Shown: in pieces, positions 1 to 10,661 of the stretch
Layout of the letters: each line of letters opens with the position of its first letter
Numbering within the stretch: the stretch's first letter is position 1
Source of the DNA: Trichomonas gallinae
Taxonomy: Eukaryota
NCBI GenBank assembly: GCA_008369845.1
Contig: MRSU01003007.1
Location: forward strand, 1-64,000
DNA length: 64,000 nucleotides
Direction: 5' to 3'
Notes under the pieces: generated by a model
Databases searched by the model: none
Told to the model about the DNA's origin: nothing
What the model saw: the letters and a program-made list of their open reading frames with translations, nothing else
Position numbers and translations under genes: made by a program

Positions 1-205
1 AATAGTAAAACATGTGTAAGTTTAAAGCATGTAAGTATAGCCAATTCAGAGTTATGAGGGCAACAAAAAATGAGGGGGGGGGGTTAGGGCATCCTTAAAT
101 ATGAAAAAAATTAAAATAACAAGTGATAAAATGTTTACACAAATTTTGTTAATGAGAGAGCGCGAGTAAAGTATAGTATCATTTATTCAAATAAAGAAAA
201 TAATA

Positions 206-3175
206 TTAATTCATAACCAAGTGCTCAGAACGCTCTTGGTTGGAAGCCTCAACTTCCTTGAGGTCATCGGAGTCGGAGAGAACTGTGTTGTTCTCGTTCC
301 ACTGCTGGTCTGCGCTCATCTGGCTGTAGTACCTGCGTACCTTCTCCTTCCTCATTGCTCTGTATGCGTTGAGGTTCTCAAGTGTGTGGTCCTTAAGCTT
401 GATGAGGCGGCTGATGAAGCCGACGATCAAGTCACCGACAGAGAAGGCCATTGTGATTCCCCATTCTTTGCCGCTTGGACGTATGGCGTGGAAGACACGG
501 CCACCGACCATGATGATGAGGACCTGCATAGCAGCGATGCCGAAGAAGACGATGATGAAGAAAATGGCCTTTGTGATGCCATCGAAAACGGAGCCTTCGT
601 GACCAGCAACTCTGGAGTTGATGAGGTTGAAAACGTTCATGAAAACGAATGTGTTGAAGATCCATGAGACAATAACACTCTTATCTGATGTATTATCTGC
701 GACGCCGAAGATCTTCTCGTGTCCAAACATAATAAGAAGGAGAACTACAGTCTGATAGAATGTCTGTATGGACATGTTCCTTGCGATGACATTAGAAATA
801 ATGTTGTCGCCTTCGCCGTACGGCTGTCTCTTCAAGAGAGAGTCTGACGGTGGGCGTGTGGCCAAACCAAGGGCGCCGAGAGAATCGTTGATGAGGTTGA
901 TCCAGAGGATTTGGATTGGCTTGAGTGGGGATGTCTTGATGGCGATAGCACCGATGAGAACGACGATGACGGCGACGAAGTTGACTGGGAGCTGGAACTG
1001 GAGGAAAGACCTGAGGTTGTCGTAGATGCAGCGGCCCCACTTGAGTGCGGAAACAATGGATGTGAAGTTATCATCAAGGATAACGATATCGGAAGCAATC
1101 TTGGCGAGTTCTGTGCCGCACATACCCATAGCAAGACCGACGTTAGCCTTCTTAAGAGCAGCAGAGTCGTTGGAACCATCACCTGTAACAGCGACGACTT
1201 CACCGCATTCCATAAGCAATGAAACCAATCTGTACTTATCTGTTGGTGAAGAACGAGCGAGAACTCTCAAGTCGTCGATCTTGTTCAATAAGTCTGTCTT
1301 TGACATCTTAGCGAATTCAGCACCTTCCATGACGATGTCTGTTTCCTTCTTGATGATGCCGCACTGCTTGGAGATGGAGCGGGCTGTGGCGATGAAGTCA
1401 CCTGTAACCATTCTGACGACGACACCGGCGTCTTCGCACTTCTTGATGGCGTCTGGAACTTCCGGTCTGAGTGGATCCTGGATACCGACGATGCAGATGA
1501 ATGTCATGTCTGTCTCTGCCTTGGCTGGATCCTCGACTTCCTCGGCCATAGACTCGTCGACGTTGCGGAAAGCAATAAGCATTGTTCTGTAGGCCTGTGA
1601 GGCGAAATCGTTGACCTTAGCCATGATAGCCTGTCTGAAGGTGTCGTCGACGTCCTGGATCTCACCTTCTGGTGTCAAGTATCTGCTCATTAATGGGAGG
1701 CAGAAATCTGGGGCACCCTTGAGGTAGATGTTAAGGCCGTGTTCGGCTTCGACGACTGTTGACATGCGCTTTCTAGCGGAGTTGAATTCGTTGAGGTATT
1801 TGATTGGGTTCAACTCACGGATTTCCTGGTAATCTTTACCGAATTCACCGATGAATTTGAGAAGGGCACATTCGGAGCTGGAACCGACGAATACTGGCTC
1901 TTCTGTGCCTTCCTTGATTGTGTGTGAGGCTGTAGAGTTGATAGAAATGGAATCAGCTAACAAATCTAAAACGTGATCGTGGAGATCTGGCTTTCCGTCA
2001 CTTTCCTTGTCGTACATGTAGAATTTGACGACTGTCATCTTGTTCTGTGTGAGTGTGCCTGTCTTATCTGAGCAAATTGTTGTTGCACCGCCCATTGTCT
2101 CGCAAGCATTCATACGTCTGACGAAGTTGTTGTCGTGCATCATCTTCTTCATTGAGAAGGACAAGGCTAGTGTGACGGCAAGTGGCAAACCTTCTGGGAT
2201 GCAGCAGATGAAGATTGTGAGTGATGTCATGATCTTATCTGTGAGATCGCTCCAACGCTCTGCTGGAACCTTCTTGTCGCCTGTCTTCAAGTCCTTCGCC
2301 AAGTCGATAAACCACATAATCATGAGAATTACAAAAATAAGAACACCGGAACCGATGGCGACATATGTAAGAATCATTGAGAGCTTCTCAAGCTTCTTTT
2401 CGAGTGGAGTCTTCTCGTTTGCAGCTTCCATATCCTGAATTTGCATCATTGTGACACCCATCTGCGTGTTTTTGCCGACGGCAGCGACGAGGCATGTTCC
2501 AATACCACTTTCAATAGCGCCACCGCCACGAAGGAATGGATTCTTCTCACTGATCTTGACCGCGATAGGTTCACCTGTCTGAGCCGAGTTATTAATGGAC
2601 ACGTTTGTGCCATTGATGAAGAGTGCATCAGCAGCGACAGCGTCACCGGCCTTAATTTCAAGAACATCGCCGACTAATACTTCTGTGGAGTTAATCTGCT
2701 GTCTTTCGCCAGCTCTGATTACAGTTACCGGGAATGTGTTCTTGAGGGAGTTGATTTCGAGATATGCTTTCTGTTGAGAGTAGTTAGTTTGAGCTGTAAC
2801 AATTGCGACAAGGCCAACAGCGACGACAATTGAGATTGGATCGATATATTGTTCAAAGTGCAGTGATTTGTAGTTGGCTACGCTAACAACAATAATTGAA
2901 ATAACCGCAACAGCGAGTAAGATTTTGAGGGTAAGATCGTTTAATGCTTCCAAGAACATCCTGCACCATGTCTTAACCGGCGGGTCAGGAAGTTTGTTAA
3001 CGCCGAAACCAGCAATGCGGTCAGCGTAGTTCTCAGCAGCTTCGTGTTTAGAAATTCCTTCTGTTAAGTTTGTATGGAAAGCCTTTGCGAATCCGTCGAG
3101 TCCTCCCTTGCTATCGAAGAACTCAAGGTCAGACCTTTCGAACATGTTAATCAAGTCCTGCGCATCAATCTCCAT
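206..3175 (-). CDS. P-type Ca2+-transporting ATPase, PMCA/P2B type (989 aa)
   Basis: DKTGTLT phosphorylation motif, IPEGLPLAVTLAL (PMCA-like M4), TGE, FNSARKRMS, KGAP, DPLRPEV, MVTGD and TGDGSND motifs; multiple TM segments. Confidence 0.95.
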   Translation of the reverse strand: MEIDAQDLINMFERSDLEFFDSKGGLDGFAKAFHTNLTEGISKHEAAENYADRIAGFGVNKLPDPPVKTWCRMFLEALNDLTLKILLAVAVISIIVVSVANYKSLHFEQYIDPISIVVAVGLVAIVTAQTNYSQQKAYLEINSLKNTFPVTVIRAGERQQINSTEVLVGDVLEIKAGDAVAADALFINGTNVSINNSAQTGEPIAVKISEKNPFLRGGGAIESGIGTCLVAAVGKNTQMGVTMMQIQDMEAANEKTPLEKKLEKLSMILTYVAIGSGVLIFVILMIMWFIDLAKDLKTGDKKVPAERWSDLTDKIMTSLTIFICCIPEGLPLAVTLALSFSMKKMMHDNNFVRRMNACETMGGATTICSDKTGTLTQNKMTVVKFYMYDKESDGKPDLHDHVLDLLADSISINSTASHTIKEGTEEPVFVGSSSECALLKFIGEFGKDYQEIRELNPIKYLNEFNSARKRMSTVVEAEHGLNIYLKGAPDFCLPLMSRYLTPEGEIQDVDDTFRQAIMAKVNDFASQAYRTMLIAFRNVDESMAEEVEDPAKAETDMTFICIVGIQDPLRPEVPDAIKKCEDAGVVVRMVTGDFIATARSISKQCGIIKKETDIVMEGAEFAKMSKTDLLNKIDDLRVLARSSPTDKYRLVSLLMECGEVVAVTGDGSNDSAALKKANVGLAMGMCGTELAKIASDIVILDDNFTSIVSALKWGRCIYDNLRSFLQFQLPVNFVAVIVVLIGAIAIKTSPLKPIQILWINLINDSLGALGLATRPPSDSLLKRQPYGEGDNIISNVIARNMSIQTFYQTVVLLLIMFGHEKIFGVADNTSDKSVIVSWIFNTFVFMNVFNLINSRVAGHEGSVFDGITKAIFFIIVFFGIAAMQVLIIMVGGRVFHAIRPSGKEWGITMAFSVGDLIVGFISRLIKLKDHTLENLNAYRAMRKEKVRRYYSQMSADQQWNENNTVLSDSDDLKEVEASNQERSEHLVMN

Positions 3176-4931
3176 TTATAAAAAATGATTTGTGACCAAT
3201 CTTCTCTCAATTGCGAAGATGTCAGCGTTCTCAATTTTTAATAAACCATTTGAATTATTTTTATATTTTGGCACTGTTTTATTGCATTTTATGGCATTTT
3301 ATACATAACGAGCTAAAAATTTTTTAAAAAAATAATCTAATTAAACATTATGAACCAGTAATGCAAAAATGAATATAGTGGATAAAATCTTTACTTTTTG
3401 ATTTTTGAGATAAAAATTTACTAAAAATAGATATTTGTAATTGAATAATTAAAATAATTATGTTTGGCAGGGTTCATCAATTTTGTGATGTTCATTCAAT
3501 TTTTCGCAAACATATCTAAAATCATATGTAGATTGCAAAAAAGTTAAAATTTTGATTTTTTCAATAAAATATTGAATCGATGATAAAATTAAAATCGGAA
3601 CCATAGTTTGTGATACAATGATTTTCTACAGCTATTTTTTGATGTATTTTTGCTTTTTCAATCAATTATGATAATCTGCGGATTTAACATATTTATTATT
3701 CATTAAACCTTCTATAAACATAAACTGTTTAGTGTATAAAAATTTGTGAGTTGATAATTGAGAGGGCCATTAATTTAACTCTGAAAAACTAAATTAACCA
3801 ACATATATATGCTTCATATATTATGTTAATGCTATTTTTAGCAATTAGAACAAAAAATCTAAAATAATGATGACTTGTATTATATAATATGATATTATAT
3901 CTATATTGCATAAAATTGGCCTGTAATTATTTCGTTTGATGAAGATATTCATAAATTTTTTGATTAAACGCGTTTTCGTTTTTATTATTGGGCGTTCAGG
4001 TGTAACCATGATTGCTGTTGCAGAAAAATTGATCGAAAATTCTGTCTCAAAGTTATTGATTTTTCAATTTTTTTAGTTCATTCAAAAATTCATAGTTCCA
4101 ATTCAAAAAGTTACATGTAAAATTGACAAATATCTAATGATTTTTCTTGATTGATTTATCCTTTATTGTACATCCGTGTTCGTTTTTTTGTTTTACGCTA
4201 ATTTTCTCCTATAATATGCCTAATTATACAAGAATTATGACATTTTCATAAGGAATTTTTCCCTGACCATCATAAAATCAGCGAGAACAATAAAATTATA
4301 GTAACAAATGCTATACTCTAAGCATTTTTGATACTTGTGGCACTTCGTATTGTTGTTTCTGCGATCAAATCAAATTAGGTCATACCATCATAAGTATATT
4401 TGAATGTTCTTATACTAATTATGATATGATATGCAGCTGTTTCGTCATATAATGATTTTAAAAATCTTTTTTCGATCCTCGAGTAAAAATCAACCCTTCT
4501 AATATCTAACATTACGTTCCGTTAGATATATTTCGATGAACATCATAATAAGCAGATTCATTATTTTGCTAGATTATTTCTCCATGTAATACATTACTGC
4601 AACTCTTTCAAATTAAAAATACCATTTTATTTCTCTATTTTAAGCAAAATCTATATATTGCCATGGTTTAATTTGACTGTTTATCTAAAAAATTTTAATT
4701 TGGGCTTTAAAATTATATTTTGTTGATTATATTTTGCTATTTCGTCTCATTATAATTTATTTATAAAATGGGTTAATCTTGAATTCTATATTATCAATCA
4801 AAAATATTATTTTATCTAAAGGTTGGAGTATAATATGGAAATATTGATTTCATTCATTCTTGAAATGCTAATTATAGGTTTCGAGGCTCTGATTCAAAAT
4901 TAAATAAATTTTATTAAAACAAAAATGAAAT

Positions 4932-6006
4932 TCACATAATATATTCCGCCAATTGCTGAAATGTGAGATCAGGAGGCTCAATAATGTTCTCTGCAAACTC
5001 AACAATATCATCATTGAAATTAATTAAAAATTCGTTTGTGGATACAACATAATTCATAGCATCTTCGAAATAGATCCCACATTCTTCTTTAAGCATATGG
5101 ATTGGAACTCTTCGACATGTTTGTGCATAATCACAAATTACATGAATTGCGTGTTCATGTCTAATTTGTTAAATAAACTGTTCATATCCTTTAGGTAGTG
5201 CACCATTAAGTATCGAATCATCATTATCATTCCAAATTGTAAGATATTCTTTAGGAATAATAGCATCTTGAGGGCAAAGCTGATCAAAAACATATTTTGA
5301 GTAATGGAGTAGGTAGCAAGCAAGGTTAAGATAAATTGCAGCCGTTCCTCTGATAGAATTTTGATTTTTAGCATACGCAATTACATGAAGGAGAAGATCT
5401 TTAGCAATTTCATAGTTGCCAAGAAGCATTTCATTCTTAGCCAGGTAGAATTGTGTCATAGCATTTAATCTGTTATCTTTCGAAAAATGATTAAATTCAT
5501 GTAACTGATGTGAAACTGGATTATTTGTCAAGAAACTAATATAAAGATATGCTGGTGCGAATAGATCTTTCCTGATTTGGAACAATTGTTGTATGATTTT
5601 TTGGTTATAAATATCTTGAATCTTTTTAAGGAGAATGCCTGCTTCAATGTATTGGAGACTAAAATTAAGTTTCAAACTATCATGGAGCTTCGAACTATCA
5701 TGTGTAGATGTCTCAAAGCTTTCTTGAAATACAATGAAGAAAATCAAAAGATACTGATGTAACTTTTGTAATTGGAACTGAAAGTACGAAAAGAGCTTTG
5801 CGTAATACTGAATCTTTGCTGGATGCTATGAATTCATTGAGAAAATGCTTATATAATCCATCTTCTTCACCTTTGACTAATAAATTTTGGATTTTTTGAA
5901 TATGGAAGTACTGGTCATGGAGATTATTGAACGTTATGTATGATGGAAAGATTTTGTCTGGTTCAAATACGAATTGTTTCGGTATTAAAGAAGTCTGGCG
6001 AGACAT
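4932..6006 (-). pseudogene. Disrupted PCI-domain-like protein (Rpn3/CSN3-like), one frameshift plus one in-frame TAA
   Basis: ORF 5713-6006 shifts into ORF 5169-5747. After the TAA at 5169-5171 the same frame continues stop-free (QIRHEHAIHVICDYAQTCRRVPIHMLKEECG...LAEYIM) to TGA at 4932-4934. FYLAKNEMLLGNYEIAKDLL and the tail resemble PCI subunits by eye. Confidence 0.5.
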
Positions 6007-6122
6007 GAATTATGAAAAAAATACCAAAAAGTGAAGTCACTAAACAGGGTTATGTAAAAATATGCAGGAGTGATCTCTCAATCGACATCACAATTGATAA
6101 AATAAAAAATGAAAAAAGAATA

Positions 6123-6194
6123 TTCCGACACGGGGAGTCGAACCCCGCTCCAGCGGATGAGAACCGCTTATCCTAACCGATGAACGATGTCGGA
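6123..6194 (-). tRNA. tRNA-Glu (anticodon CTC)
   Basis: Reverse complement TCCGACATCGTTCATCGGTTAGGATAAGCGGTTCTCATCCGCTGGAGCGGGGTTCGACTCCCCGTGTCGGAA folds as a 72-nt cloverleaf: acceptor TCCGACA/TGTCGGA, anticodon stem AGCGG/CCGCT, GTTCGA T-loop; downstream T-run fits a Pol III terminator. Confidence 0.97.
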
Positions 6195-6287
6195 AAGTAC
6201 GAAAACTAATTTTTTATTTGCTTATCATAGAAATAAAGAAGGGTGTTGCACTACTGACCCCTTTTGCATACGTTTTTTAATTTTATT

Positions 6288-7337
6288 ATGGAAAGCGCAG
6301 ATAAAATTATAGCGGAGATCTGTCCCCTCCTTTCTACGGACAATGTTGATATATGGATGATACCGAAGTTCGAACAGCAACTTGTTCATGATGTTTGTGT
6401 TGAATGTACATCGATATTGAAAAAAGGAACACCATTGATCAAAATTCCTAACCCATGCACTATTGTAGGTGATATACATGGAAATTTTCTTGATTTGCTT
6501 AAGATTTTTCGAGAATTTGGAACACCTGAATTCACAAAATACTTATTTTTAGGAGATTTTGTAGATAGAGGACTATATTCCACTCCAGTACTTGCAGTTA
6601 TTTGTTCCTTCTTCTTAAAATACCCAGAAAATGTTTACATGATTCGCGGAAACCACGAATTCGCTCATATCAACAAAATGTACGGTTTTCACAACGAAAT
6701 CATGAAGCTATACAAAAATGAAGACCTTTGGGCTGATTTTCAAATATTGTTCTCATATCTTCCATTTGCTTCTATAATTTGCAAGAAAGTCTTCTGTGTT
6801 CATGGTGGATTATCACCAATGTTGCATTCTGTTGAAGACATTAACCTCATTGAGCTGCCTGTTTATGATTATGATCAACCATCTTTAATATCAGACTTAG
6901 TTTGGTCAGATCCATCTGATAAAGCCGGATTTTCTGCCAATGACAGAGGATCTGGTATGAAATTTGGCCATGATACAATAACAAGCTTCTTATCGAATAA
7001 TCATTTGCAATTATTAGTCAGAGGGCATCAAGTCACTGCGGAAGGAGTTACTCCGTTTGCGTCTAATCTAGGCGTTACTGTATTTTCAAGCAGTGGCTAT
7101 TGTACGATGATGCAGAATTGTTGCGGCGTTATTACGATGAAAAGTGCAAAAGAGTTTGTCTTACACTCTCTCACGCCGAAAGGAGATAAAAAGTCCAATA
7201 TGAAGCTTGTTCCACGCATGCTCGGCTTGAGAAGAGCAATGAATACCAACATCCCTCCAAAAGTCGTTAAGAAGGATCTTAAACTTACAGTAGATGTAAC
7301 CAAACGTCCAGTTTCTGTTAGAAATGGTATTCATTAG
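6288..7337 (+). CDS. PPP-family Ser/Thr protein phosphatase catalytic subunit (PP1-like, divergent)
   Basis: GDIHG, GDFVDRG, RGNHE, HGG, WSDP and RGHQ motifs; first ATG at 6288. Confidence 0.93.
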   Translation: MESADKIIAEICPLLSTDNVDIWMIPKFEQQLVHDVCVECTSILKKGTPLIKIPNPCTIVGDIHGNFLDLLKIFREFGTPEFTKYLFLGDFVDRGLYSTPVLAVICSFFLKYPENVYMIRGNHEFAHINKMYGFHNEIMKLYKNEDLWADFQILFSYLPFASIICKKVFCVHGGLSPMLHSVEDINLIELPVYDYDQPSLISDLVWSDPSDKAGFSANDRGSGMKFGHDTITSFLSNNHLQLLVRGHQVTAEGVTPFASNLGVTVFSSSGYCTMMQNCCGVITMKSAKEFVLHSLTPKGDKKSNMKLVPRMLGLRRAMNTNIPPKVVKKDLKLTVDVTKRPVSVRNGIH

Positions 7338-7800
7338 ATAGAGATATTAGGGTTAACAAACTCTGAACCACCTCCACCCCCACCAGCTGCAATTAGAGGG
7401 TATAAATCATAAGCATTCTTATATACAAACGTTCCGCCTCCATGAGCTGCTCGAGCAAAACTGATTCGTAAATCTTCACATTTTTGCCCAACAATGATGT
7501 TCAATAATGATCCCTTTAAAAGCTGGAAATGAGACTCGATTACAGCACCATATCCACCACTCTTCTGGGCATAACTCTGATATCCACCAGCTGCCCTTAC
7601 GGCCCGTATGCTGTAAAGTCCTGACGCTGGAACAATCCATTTTTGGATTCCTTGGGTGTCCATACTCAAAAATCTGCTGTCTTGGCCCAGCTGACACTGA
7701 TGTAAGCATTTCTTACTTGAGAAATCGTTGGCCCTAGTCTTCCTGTGGCCCCAGCATTGGTAAACTTATGAGACTGAAAGTTGTTAAGCAAAAGAACTAA
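7334..7800 (-). pseudogene. Fragment of a glycine-rich ALK/LTK-ectodomain-like protein, frameshifted and truncated
   Basis: FTNAGATGRLGPTISQVRNAY in one frame shifts at a T5 run (~7668-7672) to ...QGIQKWIVPASGLYSIRAVRAAGG...GGYGA...LNIIVGQ...GGGTFVY...PLIAAGGGGG; no in-frame upstream ATG. Confidence 0.65.
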
Positions 7801-8259
7801 TATATAAATTTATAATGCAAAAATATTAGGTATTCTGTGTGTTTTTCGAGCTGAGTAAACGAGTAAACTGCCATGAAAACGAAAGTATGTGTTTGTTCAT
7901 AATAAGGGCAATCACAACATCATAGGATTGCTCATTTTGGATCAACACATCATTTTTTGTGGGAAAAGTCGACAACGCACTTCAGAATATTCAATGATAA
8001 TTGAAATTTGAATAGTTCTATCATTTAATATTATTATTTAATCTAATTCAATATCATATTTCTTGCAATTATTCAAAAACAATGGTAAAATCTTTATCGT
8101 CTTAGGGAAAAATCAAAATAATTCTATCATTTATATTAGATATTAGAGAATATTCATTTTTTTATTATTAATCTTCGATTGCCCAAAATTTTTGTCATTT
8201 TACGTGTCAAAAAATGTTTACATGTCATAAGATTGTTCATTTTTTGTTTCAAAATAACA

Positions 8260-8616
8260 ATGTCTGATGATCATATGGATTTTGTTATGAGCCAAACTGC
8301 TGAAAACTCTGATACAGAGAGCAACAATGAATCGCAAGACAATTTTGAGCCATTCGAATTCTCCGAGCAACACAACGAAAGCTTGGATCTAATTGACTCT
8401 TACAATCAATCGAATTATGACAGACAAATGAATTCCTTCGTAAATGGAAGCAAAAATGCCTCGAATTTTGGAGTCAATTCGAATTTCTACCCAGAAAAGG
8501 ATATAGTAACTCAGATCGAGAATGTAAGGCAAATTCTTGTCTCCGAGCAAAGCATTATGGAAAATAATCAATTGCAAACCGATATCAAAAATATTCCGAT
8601 GCTTGTTGATGAATAA
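8260..8616 (+). CDS. Hypothetical acidic/Asn-rich protein (118 aa), possibly truncated
   Basis: ATG at 8260 preceded by TCATTTT Inr-like element; open frame resumes after TAATAA to ~8778. Confidence 0.4.
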   Translation: MSDDHMDFVMSQTAENSDTESNNESQDNFEPFEFSEQHNESLDLIDSYNQSNYDRQMNSFVNGSKNASNFGVNSNFYPEKDIVTQIENVRQILVSEQSIMENNQLQTDIKNIPMLVDE

Positions 8617-9626
8617 TAATATCAAAACATATCTTTCCATGCTAAACTGATGCACCCCATTAAGTCCAGATTTGTTAATCAAATTCTATTTTTTATAACA
8701 ATTACCCAAGCTGAACGCAATACTTACCAACTTATCTCTGACTGTTGCTGCGCTCTAGATCTCGAAGCACGACGTTAGCAAGAGATATAATTTTTATTAC
8801 GCATAATAAAATTTGTTTAATAACTTATTACTTAGTGAAATATTACAGATATGGTGTGTACTATCTCTACATTAGTGTCATTCTAAATGAATAAGAGAGA
8901 TATTTTTGACAGAGTTATATACAGTCTTTGAAGCTTTCTAACTTGGAAAATGGCTTGCAAACTTCATTTTTAATCAAATGATCAAAGTATTTATCAAGGA
9001 AAAGCCACTTTTTATAATTTTGCCGAATCAATCTGAATAATATAATCACGAGTTAAGCTTTTTCAGCGTGATAAATCGCATGTACACCTGATATATATCA
9101 TGTTTTTAATGTATCAATAAAATATGACTAAGGGGTCAGATTTCCAATTTTTTCCCGAAGTAAGGCCGATTTGAAAATTATGCGGCCAAATAGATTACTC
9201 ATACTATGGGCTTGTCTGTAGAAGTAAAGCCAAGCCAAACAAAGTCGTTTTTGGAAAATCGACATCGGTCGGTTATTTTTGATTTCCGGTAGACAGATTT
9301 TATCATGATAAGTTGAATGACGAAAAGAACTCGATGAAACAAACATGGTATAAATTGAGATGTTTACGTGATTCAATTCAAAACACAACTTTTTGCAGCC
9401 AATTCTGCATTTGTTATCATATCTTATAGAAGATTTTCTATGAATTGATCTAAAACCGTCGAATTTCAAATTAACTGAAGACGAGTATTGGTTTCTGATC
9501 ACTTTTATCCTGAAATATAGACTTTTTATGGCATAATAAACCCAAATCACCAATAAAATCGATTCGAATTAATGGCATTATTCTTGCATACAAAATTTTA
9601 TTGCGGTTTTTTACGATAAAAAAAAA

Positions 9627-10220
9627 ATGGGGCAGCCTGCTCTTGAGTTTAAGATCGTCATTATTGGATCTGTTGCCGTCGGAAAGACAGCCATCACAAA
9701 CCGCCTTCAATATCAGCAATTCGAGGAGGACTACCAGCCAACAATCGGTGCTGGTTACATCCCATACCGCACAAACTGCAACGGAAAGGATGTTGAACTC
9801 CAGATTTGGGATACAGCTGGTATGGAAAGATACAAATCTCTTGGCCCAATCTATTACCGTGATGCTGTCGCTGCCATTATTGTTTATGATCAGACAGATC
9901 AGGATTCCGCGGACGCCATCAAGAAATGGCTCGATGCTTTCAGAGGCACAGTGAAAACACACGCTTTCATCGCTATTGCAGCAAATAAGGACGATCTTCC
10001 AAACAAGGTTGTCAACAATAACGAAATCCAGCAGTGGGCCGAGGAAAACGACTTCTCTTTCTTCGTCACATCCGCCAAGAGTGGCGTTGGTGTCAACGAA
10101 ATGTTCTCTACACTCGTCCGCGAGGTTATGAAGACATATCAGACAACAACAAAGGCACCATCAACTGTTCCAACATGGGATGTCTCCGCTCCACCTAAGA
10201 AGAAGGAAGGTTGCTGCTAA
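9627..10220 (+). CDS. Rab-family small GTPase (divergent)
   Basis: GSVAVGKT, PTIG, WDTAGMERY, YYRDA, NKDD and SAK motifs; C-terminal CC prenylation motif. Confidence 0.95.
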   Translation: MGQPALEFKIVIIGSVAVGKTAITNRLQYQQFEEDYQPTIGAGYIPYRTNCNGKDVELQIWDTAGMERYKSLGPIYYRDAVAAIIVYDQTDQDSADAIKKWLDAFRGTVKTHAFIAIAANKDDLPNKVVNNNEIQQWAEENDFSFFVTSAKSGVGVNEMFSTLVREVMKTYQTTTKAPSTVPTWDVSAPPKKKEGCC

Positions 10221-10661
10221 AAGAGAATTGATTTATTTTTTATTAATCCTTGAAATAAATTTTTACTGGCGTAAAATCCTTTGGTCAATGCTTACTCGCT
10301 ATAATAAACATAATCGTTAAACTTTTTCTCCACAATTCTTTCATAAATTTTTAACCGACAGACCAAGATATTGGCATAGACAGACAAAAATCGAAATTTT
10401 TATCATATTTTAAATCTATTTCTATTATATTCTAATTTCATCGATTTCTTTTTGGTCTTTTACGTGTAAAAATATTGAGAAAAAGTGATTTCACTAGAAA
10501 AAAATTACATTTTTTATTTTCATTTATGCTTTTTACATTTTTTTACACCGAAAAATTAATAGCTAGATTTTAATTCGGTTTAAGCAAATTAATAGTGTTG
10601 GTGGAGTGGATGTAAGAGAGAAAGTATTTTGGAGGAAACAAAATTTTGTTTATTTATATTT

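Noticed and set aside
74..89. G-run followed by TTAGGG (telomere-like)
   Set aside because: Single unit, no array
221..2777. Numerous antisense and alternate-frame ORFs within the ATPase (and likewise within other genes)
   Set aside because: Shadow ORFs produced by codon bias; no recognisable motifs
3176..4931. Long intergenic stretch that might hide an ncRNA or gene relic
   Set aside because: No sustained ORF, snRNA/snoRNA motif set or clear repeat found by eye
9128..9553. 141-aa minus-strand ORF
   Set aside because: Non-ATG start and no protein-like motifs; the region looks non-coding or repeat-derived
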